From Lepidodermella squamata (taxonomy: Eukaryota; Animalia; Gastrotricha), in assembly GCA_047495785.1 (NCBI GenBank), contig JBLDXI010000063.1, forward strand, positions 1 to 64,000: a stretch of 64,000 nt of DNA, given 5' to 3'. The position numbers were made by a program, and so were the translations under genes. Within the stretch, counting starts at the first letter, position 1, and the number at the start of each line of letters is the position of its first letter. Under the pieces are notes generated by a model. That model ran no database searches, was not told where the DNA came from, and saw nothing but the letters and a program-made list of their open reading frames with translations. Shown one piece after another: positions 61,287-64,000 of this stretch.

Positions 61287-64000
61287 TCATTGAATTCGAA
61301 TTTGCGAGTTTTGCGAGTCGCTAGTCGCCGCGGACTCTGCGCCGTCGCTCGACTCGTCCACCGAAGCGGCGCCGCCCACAACGCCCACCTGGAATTCCTG
61401 CTGCTGCTGCTGCGGCCCGTTTGTGTTGACTGCAGTCGCGAAATAGCCTTCGAGACCTGTCGCGCCCGATTGCTGCGCGGCCGGGTTATAATACGCGTAT
61501 GGTTGTTGCTGTTGCTGTTGGGGTTGGCTTTGCTGCTGATAAGCCGGATAGGCCTGGTACGGATAGCCGTAGTTCGGATAGCTTTGTTGTTGCTGTTGCT
61601 GCTGCTGCTGGTGCGCTGCCTGGTCAGCGTAGTTGTACGTTGGGTAGTAGGCCTGAGCGTAGCTTTGAGGTTGAGGTTGCTGATTTTGCTGGTCTGGGAC
61701 CTGCATTGAAATGAAAAAGTCGAATTTAAGACAGTACAATAAGGCCGAAACATGTCGGGGTGGCGTCTGGCTTGGGAAGTTCTCAATCTTAAAATGATCT
61801 CGCTATAACTCGCTCGTCTCATTAACATCTACAACTTGGATTTCTACGAGGCCTTCGCATATCGAATATAAGTTTATTTGTAATGTATTTCATCAATTAG
61901 AAGCCTACTATTGATCTGAGTCATCTATATTCCAAAGTGTAGCTCTGTAGCGTTGATCAAAAACGCTGTTCTGATGGGTATCGCGTTGAAGCGAAGTGAG
62001 GCCGAAAAAGAAAGAATCGAACACCTGATCGAAAAAATCACGAACGGAGACCTGCTGGTGATCACTGCCGGAAGAAAGTTGATTAGAAGCAACAACAGAA
62101 CTGAATTCCAGAACAAATTGAAAATTAATTCATGTTGCCCAGGAACTTATCCAATAATCATGTACGCCACAAACAAAGTAACAGTAAAAATAGGGAGTGA
62201 AATCTCAAATTACGTTCATAGATGACTGAGACAGGGATGCCTCCTTTCCCCTCTCTAATTCATTTCGTAAATTGTTTCCAATCTAATTGCAAGTCGCAGT
62301 TTTCAGTCTCCGCCTCTGATTAAATGATCCTAAACATGTTAGTTCTTAGCTCAGGTTCCGTCTAGGCTCATCCCTCTCTCGAGTGTCCATCCGCGCCACA
62401 TTGATGACCATTGAATCCTGCCCTTGACGCTGCACTGCGAGGGTGGAATTTGAACTGTGCGCGTTTACTACAGCCTCACCTTGAAGGGAAACAAATTAAG
62501 ACAGACGTACCGCACTGCTTTATACTGATTAATTGACTTCTATTCGAAACGCCGATTGTCAATGATTGTCGTTAATTGTCCACAGCAGACAAAGGTCAGC
62601 GATTGCGGGTTCCACCGTCTATTCTCTAATTCTTTGTCGAGTGTGCCGATTTTGCCGACGACTGAAATTGGATACGAGGGCGATATGCCACGTCGACTGC
62701 TCTCCCCTAAGGGAACCTATCCCCAAGGGAACTGCTGTAAAGGAATATCTCTACACTATACCGACGTCATTGCAAGTTTATAAATGACGATATCGTTTCT
62801 ACGGCGCGTGATACGCTACTTCGGGCGGCCGAACTTCGAAGTCGTTCATAATCGAAGTCGTTCAGCATAATTATCCGAATCGAATCCCAGTCACAATTGC
62901 CTATAGTACGACGTGAAACGTGAAGAGAAACCAAAGACAAACCTGTTGATACTGTTGGTACTGTTGGGCATATTGCTGCTGATATTGATGTTGTTGCTGT
63001 TGCTGCTGTTGTTGTTGGAGAGACGCCGGTTCGGGAACAGCGGCCTGCAGGCTGTCCTGCGACAAGCCGAGCGCCGTCTCGCCCAGCCCCATGTGGCCAC
63101 CCTGGTGATGGTGATGCTGCTGGCTGTTGCCGACCACTTGTTTCGCCAGTGCCAACCCTTCATCGTCCGCGTTCTCGCTGCCGTTCGCACCACCACCTTC
63201 TTCGTCATCGTCGTCATCGTCATCCGCCTCGTCTTCACTGTCTGGCTGGCCGAGAGATCGCAGTTTGTCGCGCATTCTTGCGATTCGCGAGTCTTGATGC
63301 GACAACAGCAGCAACAAATCGTCCTGTTCTTGCCGCAGCGCCGCCAGCTCGGCCTTCAACCGCTCGATTTGCGCGACATGGCCGTTACACTCGGGCGCGT
63401 TCCGCTCCTGGCCACGCGTTTGCGCAAATGACCTAAAATAGGAATAACAATCACTAAAAATGTGTTTGACCAAAAAAAGCAAATTAGTAATAATGGGTAA
63501 TTTCATGTTATTTCAAAACAGTTGTTTTCAATCCAATTTCGCTGCCGGCTCGGGACCTTTCCGACCGACCGCATGCAGCAATAAAATAGAAAATTCGATG
63601 CTTGGGCCTCTCTACTCCAAAAAAGTTCAGGTGTTTATCGAATATCGAAGCTCTTCATTAAAATAACAGAATTTTGTCCAATCTTAGCAGCGTCTACCTT
63701 ACTCTGTATTTGTTAAATCATGTTCTTATCTTCGAATTTAAGAAATCGGCAAACTACTTTTATGACAGCTTGCTATAAATTTGGATCCAATTTTCAGGTT
63801 ACTTTCTCAACCTCGTTGACTTGGTCTATCAACTTAATTTTCCTGTTTTCAAGGATGACAATTACAGAGAGAACTCCGACTAACCTTGCTGCCATTAGTT
63901 CAGCCTGCAGTGCCGCCAGCGAGCGTTCCTTCTCGGCGAGAACCGACCGGAACTCGTCGCCGCTGTTCGCGAGCGCCAACTTGTACGAATTCAACTCGCG
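61287..64000 (-). CDS. USO1: USO1/p115 vesicle tethering factor, 3' part (exons ~64000-63884, 63432-62943, 61702-61287)
   Basis: coiled coil then EQDDLLLLLSHQDSRIARMRDKLRSLGQPDSEDE plus acidic tract (Uso1/p115 C-terminal signature). Confidence 0.75.

Noticed and set aside
61116-61709. Leucine-rich membrane-like plus-strand ORFs (also 62913-63431)
   Set aside because: Antisense of CAG/CAA polyglutamine codons in USO1 exons

Overview
Eukaryotic (metazoan-like, short GT-AG introns) genomic DNA with three parts. (1) 1-50170 is a homogenised tandem array of a ~3.48-kb unit carrying 20 tRNA genes, one for every amino acid except Met plus a second Ser. It has 6 units and an inverted fragment at the window start, about 120 tRNA genes in total. 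(2) Unit 5 is interrupted by a 3.1-kb non-autonomous TIR element and by a complete 26.4-kb Polinton/Maverick (adintovirus-like; 453-bp TIRs, 6-bp TSD AAAGAC). The Polinton encodes pPolB, a PLA2-integrase-chromodomain fusion, A32 ATPase, penton, major capsid protein, adenain, a VLTF3-like factor and a fibre-like protein. Its virion genes share an upstream TCTA motif. Its major capsid gene is split by a 5.4-kb Sola-like transposon encoding an intact spliced transposase plus PB1/trihelix-like and zinc-finger cargo. (3) 50171-64000 holds MITEs and three co-oriented minus-strand host genes (USO1/p115 3' end, VTI1, NVL). All protein family calls are from motif recognition by eye, not from database searches.
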